Positions 9,906 to 17,966 of a stretch of DNA of 64,000 nucleotides are shown one piece after another. A program made the translations under genes and the position numbers. Within the stretch, counting starts at the first letter, position 1; the number at the start of each line of letters is the position of its first letter. Origin of the DNA: an uncultured Candidatus Saccharibacteria bacterium (lineage in GTDB: Bacteria; Patescibacteriota; Saccharimonadia; Saccharimonadales; Saccharimonadaceae); NCBI GenBank assembly GCA_938045445.1, contig CALIMM010000015.1, positions 122,648 to 186,647 of the forward strand. Reading direction: 5' to 3'. The notes beneath the pieces are model-generated. The model had not been told where the DNA came from. It worked only from the letters and a program-made list of their open reading frames with translations, and made no database searches.

Positions 9906-10043
9906 TCAGTATTGAATATTTTTTTGTGTCTTTTGAATCACCCTGCGCTTCGACACCTCAAAGCGATCTGCTAACTCCTGAGCAGTGGCTTTGTCTCGCT
10001 CGCAGAGGAGAGATAGAATGGCGAGTAGACGCTGGAGTTTCAT
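9906..10043 (-). pseudogene. 45-codon remnant of a YafY/DeoR-type HTH regulator (N-terminal wHTH only)
   Basis: My own translation gives MKLQRLLAILSLLCERDKATAQELADRFEVSKRRVIQKTQKNIQY*. The first ~37 aa look like the HTH_11-type N-terminus of YafY-family regulators. The WYL/effector part is missing. The ORF is below the ORF-track cut-off. Confidence 0.45.
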
Positions 10044-10612
10044 AATAACCTTACCAGATAATTCGTATAGCAATTATATACCACTATTGTAGCAACGTAT
10101 GGCTCATCATGACAAAGAAAGATGTTTGTGAGAACAGATTATAAATAGGCTAATGGTATATAGATAGTAGGGGTATAGGTATTATTGCAGGATATACAGT
10201 CCCGTGTGCTGCGTGGCTGCCTGGTAAGATAGCGGCATCTCGGTATGTAGATACGTGTTGCGAGGCTTATGAGATGGTTGCTTTGCGTGATGGGGGTGCT
10301 ACCTTATTTTTTACTTCCTAGCATCACCCCCCGGCGAAAGACATAGTGGATTTAGATAGAATATATAGCAGTGTAAAAGCGAAAAATAACCACCTAACAG
10401 TGGTCTAGTGTCGGTAAAAAATCTCCACGACTTTTCCACATGACCCTAGACACTAGATATGGGCACGCTATATATAGTGTGGGTGAGACGAAACTCTTGA
10501 TACTAACAGAGGTAATAATATACAAAACTTGCACAATACTGTATTTAACGAGCACCCTGCGCACCATATGGTATAATTACCTCGATAACCCCATAAACAA
10601 GGAGATAAGCAG

Positions 10613-10990
10613 ATGAGTAATTTTCCGGTAGTGCGCGTCGAGCGTGTTGATGTGCGGAATGAGAGCGCGTCGAAGATAGATGTATGGGCACGCATCAAGA
10701 ATGAGTCCGACCGGCAGGTGAAGGTTGTGAGCTGGGAGTATCTGGGGAATATGCGCAACGAGTCGCACACGCTCAACCCGGGGAACACAGTTGATGTGAT
10801 GCTCTATAGCGGTGCACCCAAGAATTATCCAGACCAAATGTACATTCGCTACGAAGCCGAGCATGATGGTGGCAGGCATTACTTCTTGGCGCGGCACCAG
10901 GCGAAATTTGACGAGCGCTATAACAATGACACGAAATGGTATCGGCCATCAGATTGGATGGAGTTCCAGCGCGTGGACCGCGGTAACTAG
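10613..10990 (+). CDS. Hypothetical small beta-rich protein (125 aa)
   Basis: SD AAGGAG precedes ATG 10613. The stop TAG (10988-10990) is 1 nt from the rnhA ATG. Confidence 0.7.
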   Translation: MSNFPVVRVERVDVRNESASKIDVWARIKNESDRQVKVVSWEYLGNMRNESHTLNPGNTVDVMLYSGAPKNYPDQMYIRYEAEHDGGRHYFLARHQAKFDERYNNDTKWYRPSDWMEFQRVDRGN

Positions 10991-10991
10991 C

Positions 10992-11432
10992 ATGGCAGCC
11001 GCTCCACGCATTTTCTACACCGATGGCAGCGCCAGCCCCAACCCTGGCCCGGGCGGCTATGCCGTCATCGAGCAGGGCAAGCCCGTAGCGCTGGGCAGTG
11101 AGCCAGGCAACACGACGAACATCCGCATGGAGGGGATGGCCCTCATCACAGCCATGCAGTTAGCTGGGGCTGAGAAATGCGAGATTCATACCGATAGCGA
11201 ATTTTGGGTTAATGTCCTCACCAAGTGGGCACCTGGCTGGGCAGCCAAGGGCTGGCGCAAGAGCAGCGGGCCCATCAAGAATCTCGAGCTCGTGCAAGAA
11301 GCCTATGCGCTTTATACCACCGTGCAGCCAAAGCTCATCTGGGTGCGCGGCCACAACGGCCATGAGCAAAATGAGCTCGCCGACCAATGGGCCAACCGAG
11401 CACGAGCCGGGGAGCGGCTAGAGGAAGAATGA
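10992..11432 (+). CDS. rnhA: Ribonuclease HI
   Basis: From ATG 10992 the protein reads MAAAPRIFYTDGSASPNPGPGGYAV...NIRMEGMALI...IHTDSEFWVN...VRGHNGHEQNELADQWA. These are the DEDD catalytic residues in canonical RNase H context. Confidence 0.9.
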   Translation: MAAAPRIFYTDGSASPNPGPGGYAVIEQGKPVALGSEPGNTTNIRMEGMALITAMQLAGAEKCEIHTDSEFWVNVLTKWAPGWAAKGWRKSSGPIKNLELVQEAYALYTTVQPKLIWVRGHNGHEQNELADQWANRARAGERLEEE

Positions 11433-11439
11433 GTAGCTA

Positions 11440-11466
11440 AAAACCGGTTGTAATGACCGGTTTTTA
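11440..11466. terminator. Bidirectional-type terminator hairpin AAAAACCGGT-TGTAATG-ACCGGTTTTT
   Basis: A perfect stem is flanked by an A-tract and a T-tract. A near-identical copy lies at 30846-30870. Confidence 0.85.
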
Positions 11467-11663
11467 GGTGCAGAGGATATTGCTGCGTGGCGGCTTATAT
11501 AAGAATGCAGCTCTATGTACCAGGCTCAAGCTTGTAGCCAAGCGGCTGAACAATGCGTTCTTCCTCTCATGTTGAGTTAGCTGTATCTTTCTCGTCGCGT
11601 TGTGCTACATCAACGAGGTAGATATTCCTAGCATAAATATATGCTATACTATTACCAATATCA

Positions 11664-11770
11664 CTAATATCCAGAGTGCGACGAGGGACTGGCCCGATGA
11701 CTCGCCAGCAACCTGCTCGGGAAGCGAGTAAGGTGCTAATTCCAGCCTGTGCGCAGGGAAGATATGAGAC
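11664..11770 (+). promoter_or_regulatory. SAM-I (S-box) riboswitch
   Basis: AUAUCCAGAG..GACGAGGGACUGGCCCGAUGACUCGCCAGCAACC...AAGGUGCUAAUUCCAGC...GGGAAGAUAU matches the conserved S-box core. The P1 halves are ATATC/GATAT. A TATACT -10 lies at 11645-11650. The element sits directly upstream of metK. Confidence 0.9.
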
Positions 11771-11784
11771 GCGTAAGAGAGCAG

Positions 11785-11829
11785 CTCCTTTCTCGCCTGG
11801 TAGTGCAGGATAAGAGAAGGGAGTTTTTT
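11785..11829 (+). terminator. Riboswitch expression-platform terminator that also sequesters the metK SD
   Basis: CTCCTTTCTC (11785-11794) pairs with GAGAAGGGAG (11814-11823), which contains the SD. TTTTTT (11824-11829) abuts ATG 11830. Confidence 0.7.
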
Positions 11830-12840
11830 ATGACAGCAACGACTATAGCATCAGCGCAGTTTCGCACCGCCGAGAGCGTAAGCCCAGGCCACCCCGACAA
11901 GCTGTGCGACCAAATGAGCGACGCCATCCTTGATGCCTATCTGGCCCGCGACCCACAGGCACGCGTGGCGGTGGAAGTGTGCGGCGGCCATGGCATGGTG
12001 TTTGTGACGGGCGAAGTGACGTCGCAGGCGACGGTGGCAGTGGCACCGATTGTGCAGCGTTTGGCGGGGAGTGAAGTAGAGATAATTGAGCATATTGCGC
12101 AGCAGAGCCCAGAGATTGCTCGCGGTGTGGACGATGGTGGGGCAGGTGACCAAGGCGTGATGATCGGCTATGCTTGCAACGAAACGCCTGAGCTGCTCCC
12201 ACTCGAAACAGTGTTGGCACGGCGATTGAACCAATTTTTGTATCAACGTTGGCCCTACGATGGCAAAACGCAAGTAACACTGCGTGGCGGGCAGATAACG
12301 GCAATTGTTGCAAGCTTCCAACACGCGCCAAAAGACGAATTAACAGAGGCGGTAGAGGAGTGGCTTCAGCAGCAGACGTATGTGAACACATTTTTTAAGG
12401 ATAAGCAATATGACGCGCCAGTGCTACATTGCAACCCAGCCGGGGACTGGCAGATTGGTGGCTTTGCGGCTGATGCTGGCCTGACCGGGCGCAAGCTCAT
12501 CGTCGATAATTATGGGCCACGCGTGCCGATTGGTGGCGGGGCCTTTAGTGGTAAGGATGCCACCAAGGTGGATCGCTCGGCGGCGTATATGGCGCGGCAC
12601 ATTGCGGTGGATTATCTGCGGCACCACCACGCACAGGAGGTGCTGGTACGCCTGGCGTATGCAATTGGCCACAACCAGCCCGTCGAGGCGACTGCCATCA
12701 TCGATGGTGTGGAGCAGCCCATTGCAGGCTACGATCTCAGCCCACATGGCATCATCACCACGCTCCAGCTCGCCCAGCCCATCTACGAGCCAACCGCTCG
12801 CTGGGGGCACTTTGGTGAGGGGTTTGTGTGGGATCGGTAG
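11830..12840 (+). CDS. metK: S-adenosylmethionine synthetase (short, 336 aa)
   Basis: The protein begins MTATTIASAQFRTAESVSPGHPDKLCDQMSDAILDAYL and continues ...GAGDQGVMIGYA...GGGAFSGKDATKVDRSAAY. Start ATG 11830 lies downstream of the riboswitch, and the track's upstream start falls inside the riboswitch. Confidence 0.9.
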   Translation: MTATTIASAQFRTAESVSPGHPDKLCDQMSDAILDAYLARDPQARVAVEVCGGHGMVFVTGEVTSQATVAVAPIVQRLAGSEVEIIEHIAQQSPEIARGVDDGGAGDQGVMIGYACNETPELLPLETVLARRLNQFLYQRWPYDGKTQVTLRGGQITAIVASFQHAPKDELTEAVEEWLQQQTYVNTFFKDKQYDAPVLHCNPAGDWQIGGFAADAGLTGRKLIVDNYGPRVPIGGGAFSGKDATKVDRSAAYMARHIAVDYLRHHHAQEVLVRLAYAIGHNQPVEATAIIDGVEQPIAGYDLSPHGIITTLQLAQPIYEPTARWGHFGEGFVWDR

Positions 12841-12982
12841 GGTGCTAGGTCGAGCCCTTACTGTGAGGGTGTGAGTATATAGTCTCTATACTATTCTTTT
12901 CTCATTCTGTTCCGTTACATCTCTCTCAAGAAATCACCTCACTATAGAGAAAGAGCGGTAGCATCTTTTGAGCGAGCAGCTA

Positions 12983-13723
12983 CTAAACTGTGCTATGAGT
13001 AGTATCGTGCTGCTCGTAGCTCTTGTACACTGCATCGAGGTGAGGAGAGAGTGTCTCGCGCACGTTATGTCGTAGTGTCTCGTAGCCAGATGGGTCGCGC
13101 AGCGCATCGCTTATTTCATACTGGGCAAGGAGGGCAGACTGATCTGGCATAACACAGTCCACGACTTGCGCCAGTGCAGCTGTGTCGAATGGGTTGATTA
13201 GTACGGATGAGTCTTGCTCGCTATTACGCTCGTTTATCATATGTTGCAAGTCTCGCACTGCGCTGGTGACAGGCTGGTATTGCTCACCGATGAGCTTGCG
13301 CAGCTGCTGTGTCTTCCGGTGGGCGCGCCAATGAGCAAATGGGCTATAATGCCCATGGTCGGCCAACATAGCTCGGCCGTAAACAGCAGCAGGAGTGCCA
13401 ATCAGTGATGTGGCAGACCCAATCGTAAAACCTGTTGTCAGCTCTTGCATTGGTGTACCGTCAAATCCATACGCGTAGGTTGCCGCAGCCATTGCACATG
13501 CACCGAGCGTAGCAATGCTTAGACCAGCCTCTGCATATTCTTCAGGCAGCGTCACATCTCGTTCGCCAAACTGTGGTGGCACTTTGTGATTGCGACTGCG
13601 GATGTAGGCGATGGCAACGTCTGGATCGACAGCATCGAGCATAGATTGTGAGCAATCGGCCCACACATGTACTCCGTCATTTATATCTTTGGGGGCGTAG
13701 TTGTATCGAGATAGCAGTGCCAT
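12983..13723 (-). CDS. Hypothetical protein (246 aa)
   Basis: Clean ORF with SD GAGGAGAG upstream. It has a central Gly/Ala/Thr-rich hydrophobic stretch and no motif I recognise. Confidence 0.65.
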   Translation of the reverse strand: MALLSRYNYAPKDINDGVHVWADCSQSMLDAVDPDVAIAYIRSRNHKVPPQFGERDVTLPEEYAEAGLSIATLGACAMAAATYAYGFDGTPMQELTTGFTIGSATSLIGTPAAVYGRAMLADHGHYSPFAHWRAHRKTQQLRKLIGEQYQPVTSAVRDLQHMINERNSEQDSSVLINPFDTAALAQVVDCVMPDQSALLAQYEISDALRDPSGYETLRHNVRETLSPHLDAVYKSYEQHDTTHSTV

Positions 13724-13906
13724 ATATCTCTCCTCTCGCTTAAATAAGTAATGTGTCTATGGTAGAAGGGTGTTGCTGCTATGTCAAGGTTGTGGATTTG
13801 TCAGTGAAGTAGGTGTTGGTGTGTTTTTGTTAATGATGAGTTGCCTATATATAGAGAACATACCCATACTTTGCCTCTCACCCCACAACCTTGTATACTA
13901 GAGCCT

Positions 13907-15439
13907 ATGGATCAGACACTTGCACAGGAGATTTTGCGTAGTGGTCAAAGTGCGCTGCTGACAGGGCCAGCGGGCACGGGCAAGACGTATGTGCTGGGGC
14001 AGTTCATCCGCCAGTGTAAGGCGGATGGCAAGTATGTGTCCGTCACCGCCACGACGGGGCTTGCGGCGACGCACCTGGGTGGTAGCACCATCCATGCATG
14101 GGCGGGGATTGGCATTCATGATAGCTTGCCGAACAATTTTTTTGATCACCTGTCGAAGACGCGGCGCGATATTATTGCCAAGACAGATGTGCTCATCATC
14201 GATGAGATTAGTATGTTGCACGACTACCGCCTGGATATGATCGACGAAGTGTGCCGCCGGGTGCGCGAGATGCCGAATCAGCCTTTTGGCGGATTGCAGG
14301 TGGTAATGAGTGGGGACTTCTTCCAGTTGCCACCGGTTAATCGCGATGGTGGGCGGCAGGGGAGCTTTGTGGTGCAGTCGCAAGCTTGGCGACAGCTCGA
14401 CCCAGCTATTCTGTATCTCGACCAGCAATACCGCCAGCAAAAGGGCGACGCTCTGCTAGATATCCTAACGGCTATGCGAGCTGGTGACCTGCGCCGACGC
14501 CATGCCGAGCAACTACTAGCTCGCACAGAGGTAGAGCCACCTCACGAGAGCGACCTAACCGAGCTTCATACCGTCAATATCGACGTTGATCGGATCAACC
14601 AAGCCCGCCTCGCTGAGCTGCCTGGCGACGAAGTATCGTACCAGCGCAGCAGCACTGGTGGGCAAAATTATGTCGACACCTTGCAGCGGAGCATCCTCGC
14701 GCCGGAGGTGCTGGTGCTCAAGCGGGGTGCGCTGGTGATGGCCATCAAGAACGACCAAGCGCGGCGCTTTGCTAATGGGAGCATTGGCCAGGTAACAGAC
14801 TTCGAGCCAGGCACAGACTACCCCGTGGTGGAGTTTCGTAATGGCCATGTGGTGACGATGCAGCCTGACACCTGGGAGCTGCGCGATGGTACGCGCAAGC
14901 GGGCCAGCATCTCGCAGTTGCCGCTGCGCCTGGCTTGGGCGATTACTGTGCACAAGAGCCAGGGGATGACGCTCGATAGCGCACGCATCGACCTACGCAA
15001 AGCCTTTGTCCCGGGCATGGGCTACGTGGCACTGAGCGGCGTTAAGGGCCTCGACAATATATATCTCACTGGTATCAATCGGATGGCACTTACCATGAGC
15101 GATGAAGCCTATATCATCGACACGCAGCTGCGCACTCGTGCCGCCCAAGATGCCGAGCGCTTTGCCCATCTGCGCGAACAGGCTGCTCAGCGTGCTACGA
15201 TGCCACAGAAGAAGCCGACGGGCAAAACTGGCAGCACTAGCTGGGCGGCCAAGATCGCCACAATGCGCCAGACTCACCCCAACGCCTACAAACCATGGAC
15301 AAAGGCCGATGATGAGACACTCAAGCAAGGCTTTGTCCAAGGCGTGAGTATCCGCCAGCTCAGTCGCGAGCTCGGCCGGCACGAAGGCTCGATAAAAATG
15401 CGATTGCAAAAGCATTTTGGTGAGGATGCGGTGCAGTAG
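13907..15439 (+). CDS. PIF1/RecD-like SF1 helicase with C-terminal HTH
   Basis: Walker A is LLTGPAGTGKTY, Walker B is VLIIDEISML, and the PIF1-signature-like region is GGLQVVMSGDFFQLPPV. The C-terminus KPWTKADDETLKQGFVQGVSIRQLSRELGR is Myb/HTH-like. TATACT (13894-13899) lies 7 nt before ATG 13907. Confidence 0.85.
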   Translation: MDQTLAQEILRSGQSALLTGPAGTGKTYVLGQFIRQCKADGKYVSVTATTGLAATHLGGSTIHAWAGIGIHDSLPNNFFDHLSKTRRDIIAKTDVLIIDEISMLHDYRLDMIDEVCRRVREMPNQPFGGLQVVMSGDFFQLPPVNRDGGRQGSFVVQSQAWRQLDPAILYLDQQYRQQKGDALLDILTAMRAGDLRRRHAEQLLARTEVEPPHESDLTELHTVNIDVDRINQARLAELPGDEVSYQRSSTGGQNYVDTLQRSILAPEVLVLKRGALVMAIKNDQARRFANGSIGQVTDFEPGTDYPVVEFRNGHVVTMQPDTWELRDGTRKRASISQLPLRLAWAITVHKSQGMTLDSARIDLRKAFVPGMGYVALSGVKGLDNIYLTGINRMALTMSDEAYIIDTQLRTRAAQDAERFAHLREQAAQRATMPQKKPTGKTGSTSWAAKIATMRQTHPNAYKPWTKADDETLKQGFVQGVSIRQLSRELGRHEGSIKMRLQKHFGEDAVQ

Positions 15440-15631
15440 TGCATCGTTATCCCAAAGCCTTGGCTCGTCTCATATTTTTCGCAAAATATAGCAAACAAAA
15501 ATGAATATTATTCTAGTATATTCAGCTCCTACACAAGAGCTGCGAACTTTCCAGTAGCTCCCGTAAGTTGCTAATTGACAAACCTCCTCGATATCTCTTA
15601 CAATAAGTAACCTAGACAATAAGGAGAAAAT

Positions 15632-16453
15632 ATGGCAAATCCAGAGAGAGAGAGAGCCTTAACAGGTAGCGCTGAGCGCCGAAGTATAAAAGACTCCATA
15701 ATCATCCAATCATTGGGCCAGTTGTCGACCCATCGTGTAATCACGCTAGAAAATACATCACCAAGTACAGCCAGTATCATAAAACAACCAACAGGCACTG
15801 CCTCCGTCCGGCAGAATAGTATTTTCCTTAGCGCTCGAGAAAAGATGAAAGACAGCTTCATTATGTTGGGGTATGTAAAGGAATCTCAAGCGACCATGCG
15901 GCTTAATTCACATGATATTGCCTATGTAGAGATGAACTCGTCTGGAAGGGTATCTCTTGAAAAAAACGAGACGGGTGTGATAGCGACAAGCGGGTTGGCA
16001 GGCTGCACTGGTGTGGCTGGTTTTGCAAAAAGTCGAGATGGGAAAATTCAATCGTTTGTTTCGCATTATGATGCTCTGAGTCAGAATAGCCGCATAACAG
16101 GAAAAGATAGTCCGGTTAATCGGGATCTCTATACTTTTCGCTACCAAGTAGAAAAAGACGACACCCAAAGTACGCCATTGTATGTTGTTTCATATCCTGC
16201 ATCGAGTTGCTATGATCAGGATTATGGTAAGCGACGGGGAGTGTTTCGAGAATGGCATTATATGGACCAGATCAATACTACAATAGCGCAGCTGGGCAAA
16301 AACGCACAAGTCCTCCTCTTGCCATATGAGCTTAACTCGCAAGGTCACTCTCTTGCGAGTGGCCGTATTGATGGCAAAGAAGGGATATTTTGGGATGGTG
16401 TCTATATTGATTTTGCTGACTATATTGGCGATACGGCAGCTAACAAACAGTAA
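15632..16453 (+). CDS. Hypothetical soluble protein with a candidate Cys-His active site (L-A-G-C ... S-H-Y-D)
   Basis: SD AAGGAG (15621-15626). 273 aa with no hydrophobic helices. IATSGLAGCTGVAGFAKSRDGKIQSFVSHYD is reminiscent of CheD/CNF1/BLF1-type deamidase Cys/His spacing, a weak similarity recalled from memory. The gene is visibly AT-richer than its flanks. Confidence 0.65.
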   Translation: MANPERERALTGSAERRSIKDSIIIQSLGQLSTHRVITLENTSPSTASIIKQPTGTASVRQNSIFLSAREKMKDSFIMLGYVKESQATMRLNSHDIAYVEMNSSGRVSLEKNETGVIATSGLAGCTGVAGFAKSRDGKIQSFVSHYDALSQNSRITGKDSPVNRDLYTFRYQVEKDDTQSTPLYVVSYPASSCYDQDYGKRRGVFREWHYMDQINTTIAQLGKNAQVLLLPYELNSQGHSLASGRIDGKEGIFWDGVYIDFADYIGDTAANKQ

Positions 16454-16494
16454 CAAGTTTAGTTATAAAGGTATAGTTGTAGTAGAATAGCTAC

Positions 16495-17610
16495 ATGCAT
16501 AACCAACCAAACACACAAACCCCCACTACCGATACCACCTCAGTAACGCCACCAGAGCTAGCTGCCACGCCGCAGAGTGATGCAGACGTGGCCGCCCATG
16601 CCGAGGCTCAGCCAACAGATACTACCGCACAGTCTACGGCTGACACATCTACCGACGCTACCGACATCTTCCTCTGGGCTAACCAAGCCGATCGCGACAA
16701 AGACCAGCTGGAGGTGGATCTCTTCCTCTTTACCAAGGGCTATACGGTGTATGCTACCAACTATGCGGCCGAGCTCAAGGCACAGCTCAAGGTGCTCTTC
16801 CTCTACGATATGATCACGGCGGTGCAGACAGGTGCAGCGACTGGCCTGATGGTGCGCGACTTCGAGGCGGCCAAGGCTGAGGAAAATGTCCTTGAGCGCA
16901 CCACGCTCGACCGGGTAGTGCATGCTCAGGAAGTCATCGAGCAGATCACCTATAGCGAGGCAGACCTCGAGACCTTCAACGAGGGTGACCATGAATTCAA
17001 GAAGGTTAAGGGTATCATTGCGCGCTTCCGGATGGGCACAGATGGTGAGCCATTCTTCGTGGCCAAGCTGCTGCCCCAGTCGCAGGTGCTCAAGGGGGCA
17101 ACCGCCTGGATGTACAGCGGTGGGTCGTTCCAGCCATTTGTGGCTGATGCGGGGCTGCGCATTACGCCAGATAATCAGGTGTTGATCGTCGGCAACGATA
17201 TTTTTGCCTTTAGCGAGAGCAAATTCGTCCGGCTCTTTGGCTACGATGCCAAGAAGCACGCTGTGGCGGAGGAGAAGATCGCTGCCATCACGCAGCAGTT
17301 CAAACTTACCTTGCCTGAGGGGCTCACGCTCGACCGCCTAGTGCGCGATACGCCAGCGCTGGTGACTAAACTGCAAAAGCTCGACCCCGCCCAGGTGACA
17401 CAAGACCAACTGATCGACCACGCCGACGAAATGGGCCTGGGCCTGATGACGGACGACGCGGCAGGGAGCATCATTATCATGGATGCCAAGGATGCAGCCG
17501 TTTTTGTCAATCTCCTCAACGACGACTACGTCACGAGCGACCTGACCGGCGTCAAATACGAAATGCGCGGCAAGAAGATCTTGCGCGAGAACGAGCAATT
17601 GCCGGAGTAG
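16495..17610 (+). CDS. DUF4868/KwaB-like protein with a low-complexity N-terminus
   Basis: 371 aa. The N-terminal 60 aa are T/A/D/Q-rich. The C-terminal part (...QVLIVGNDIFAFSESKFVRLFGYD ... AAVFVNLLNDDYVTSDLTGVKYE...) resembles the DUF4868 family as I remember it. TAGAAT (16483-16488) lies 6 nt before the ATG. The CDS is confident; the family call is moderate. Confidence 0.6.
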   Translation: MHNQPNTQTPTTDTTSVTPPELAATPQSDADVAAHAEAQPTDTTAQSTADTSTDATDIFLWANQADRDKDQLEVDLFLFTKGYTVYATNYAAELKAQLKVLFLYDMITAVQTGAATGLMVRDFEAAKAEENVLERTTLDRVVHAQEVIEQITYSEADLETFNEGDHEFKKVKGIIARFRMGTDGEPFFVAKLLPQSQVLKGATAWMYSGGSFQPFVADAGLRITPDNQVLIVGNDIFAFSESKFVRLFGYDAKKHAVAEEKIAAITQQFKLTLPEGLTLDRLVRDTPALVTKLQKLDPAQVTQDQLIDHADEMGLGLMTDDAAGSIIIMDAKDAAVFVNLLNDDYVTSDLTGVKYEMRGKKILRENEQLPE

Positions 17611-17653
17611 GGGAGCGGTATTCTTTGTATCTAGCTAGCTCATGCCATCAGAC

Positions 17654-17712
17654 AAGAAAATATCTGGAGGCCAGCGACCAAGCAAGCGGGAGAGCTCTGT
17701 ATTTCGTCATAG
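17654..17712. repeat. Copy A of a ~60-nt intergenic repeat (AAGAA..TATCTGRAGGCCAGCGA...AAGCGGGAGMGCTCTGT...TCG.CAT)
   Basis: It aligns by eye at roughly three-quarters identity with 55708-55772. It aligns with an internal insertion to 32708-32788. Confidence 0.5.
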
Positions 17713-17824
17713 GGTGTTGATCTCAAAACTCTCATGTATTCTCACACTCCACCTCCACACTCCCTCCTCCGGAACACTATAAGGGTTGATATTCACTGGA
17801 TATCGATCTCTTGACGCCAGGGCT

Positions 17825-17851
17825 GAAAACAGATTATTGTAATCTGTTTTC
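17825..17851. terminator. Perfect 12-bp hairpin GAAAACAGATTA-TTG-TAATCTGTTTTC
   Basis: The stem has A-tract/T-tract arms, so it could terminate in either direction. It lies between the KwaB-like gene and the GH1 gene. Confidence 0.5.
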
Positions 17852-17966
17852 ACACTCCATCGGATGAAGTGATGGGGAGGTGGAGCGAGCGCAAAGAAAG
17901 AGAGACGATGCATCCACCCAATAATTCTATTTTTCTTAATCCTCAGCTGATGGTACAATAAGCATT

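Noticed and set aside
16558-17259. Long antisense or alternative-frame ORFs inside GC-rich genes, for example 16558-17259, 37994-38782, 49426-50223, 53102-53746, 59809-60555, 12424-12810 and 47646-48326
   Set aside because: Each lies opposite or out of frame to a gene with clear family motifs. Their Arg/Ala/Pro/Gly-skewed sequences are typical of shadow ORFs in GC-rich DNA, and none has start signals.
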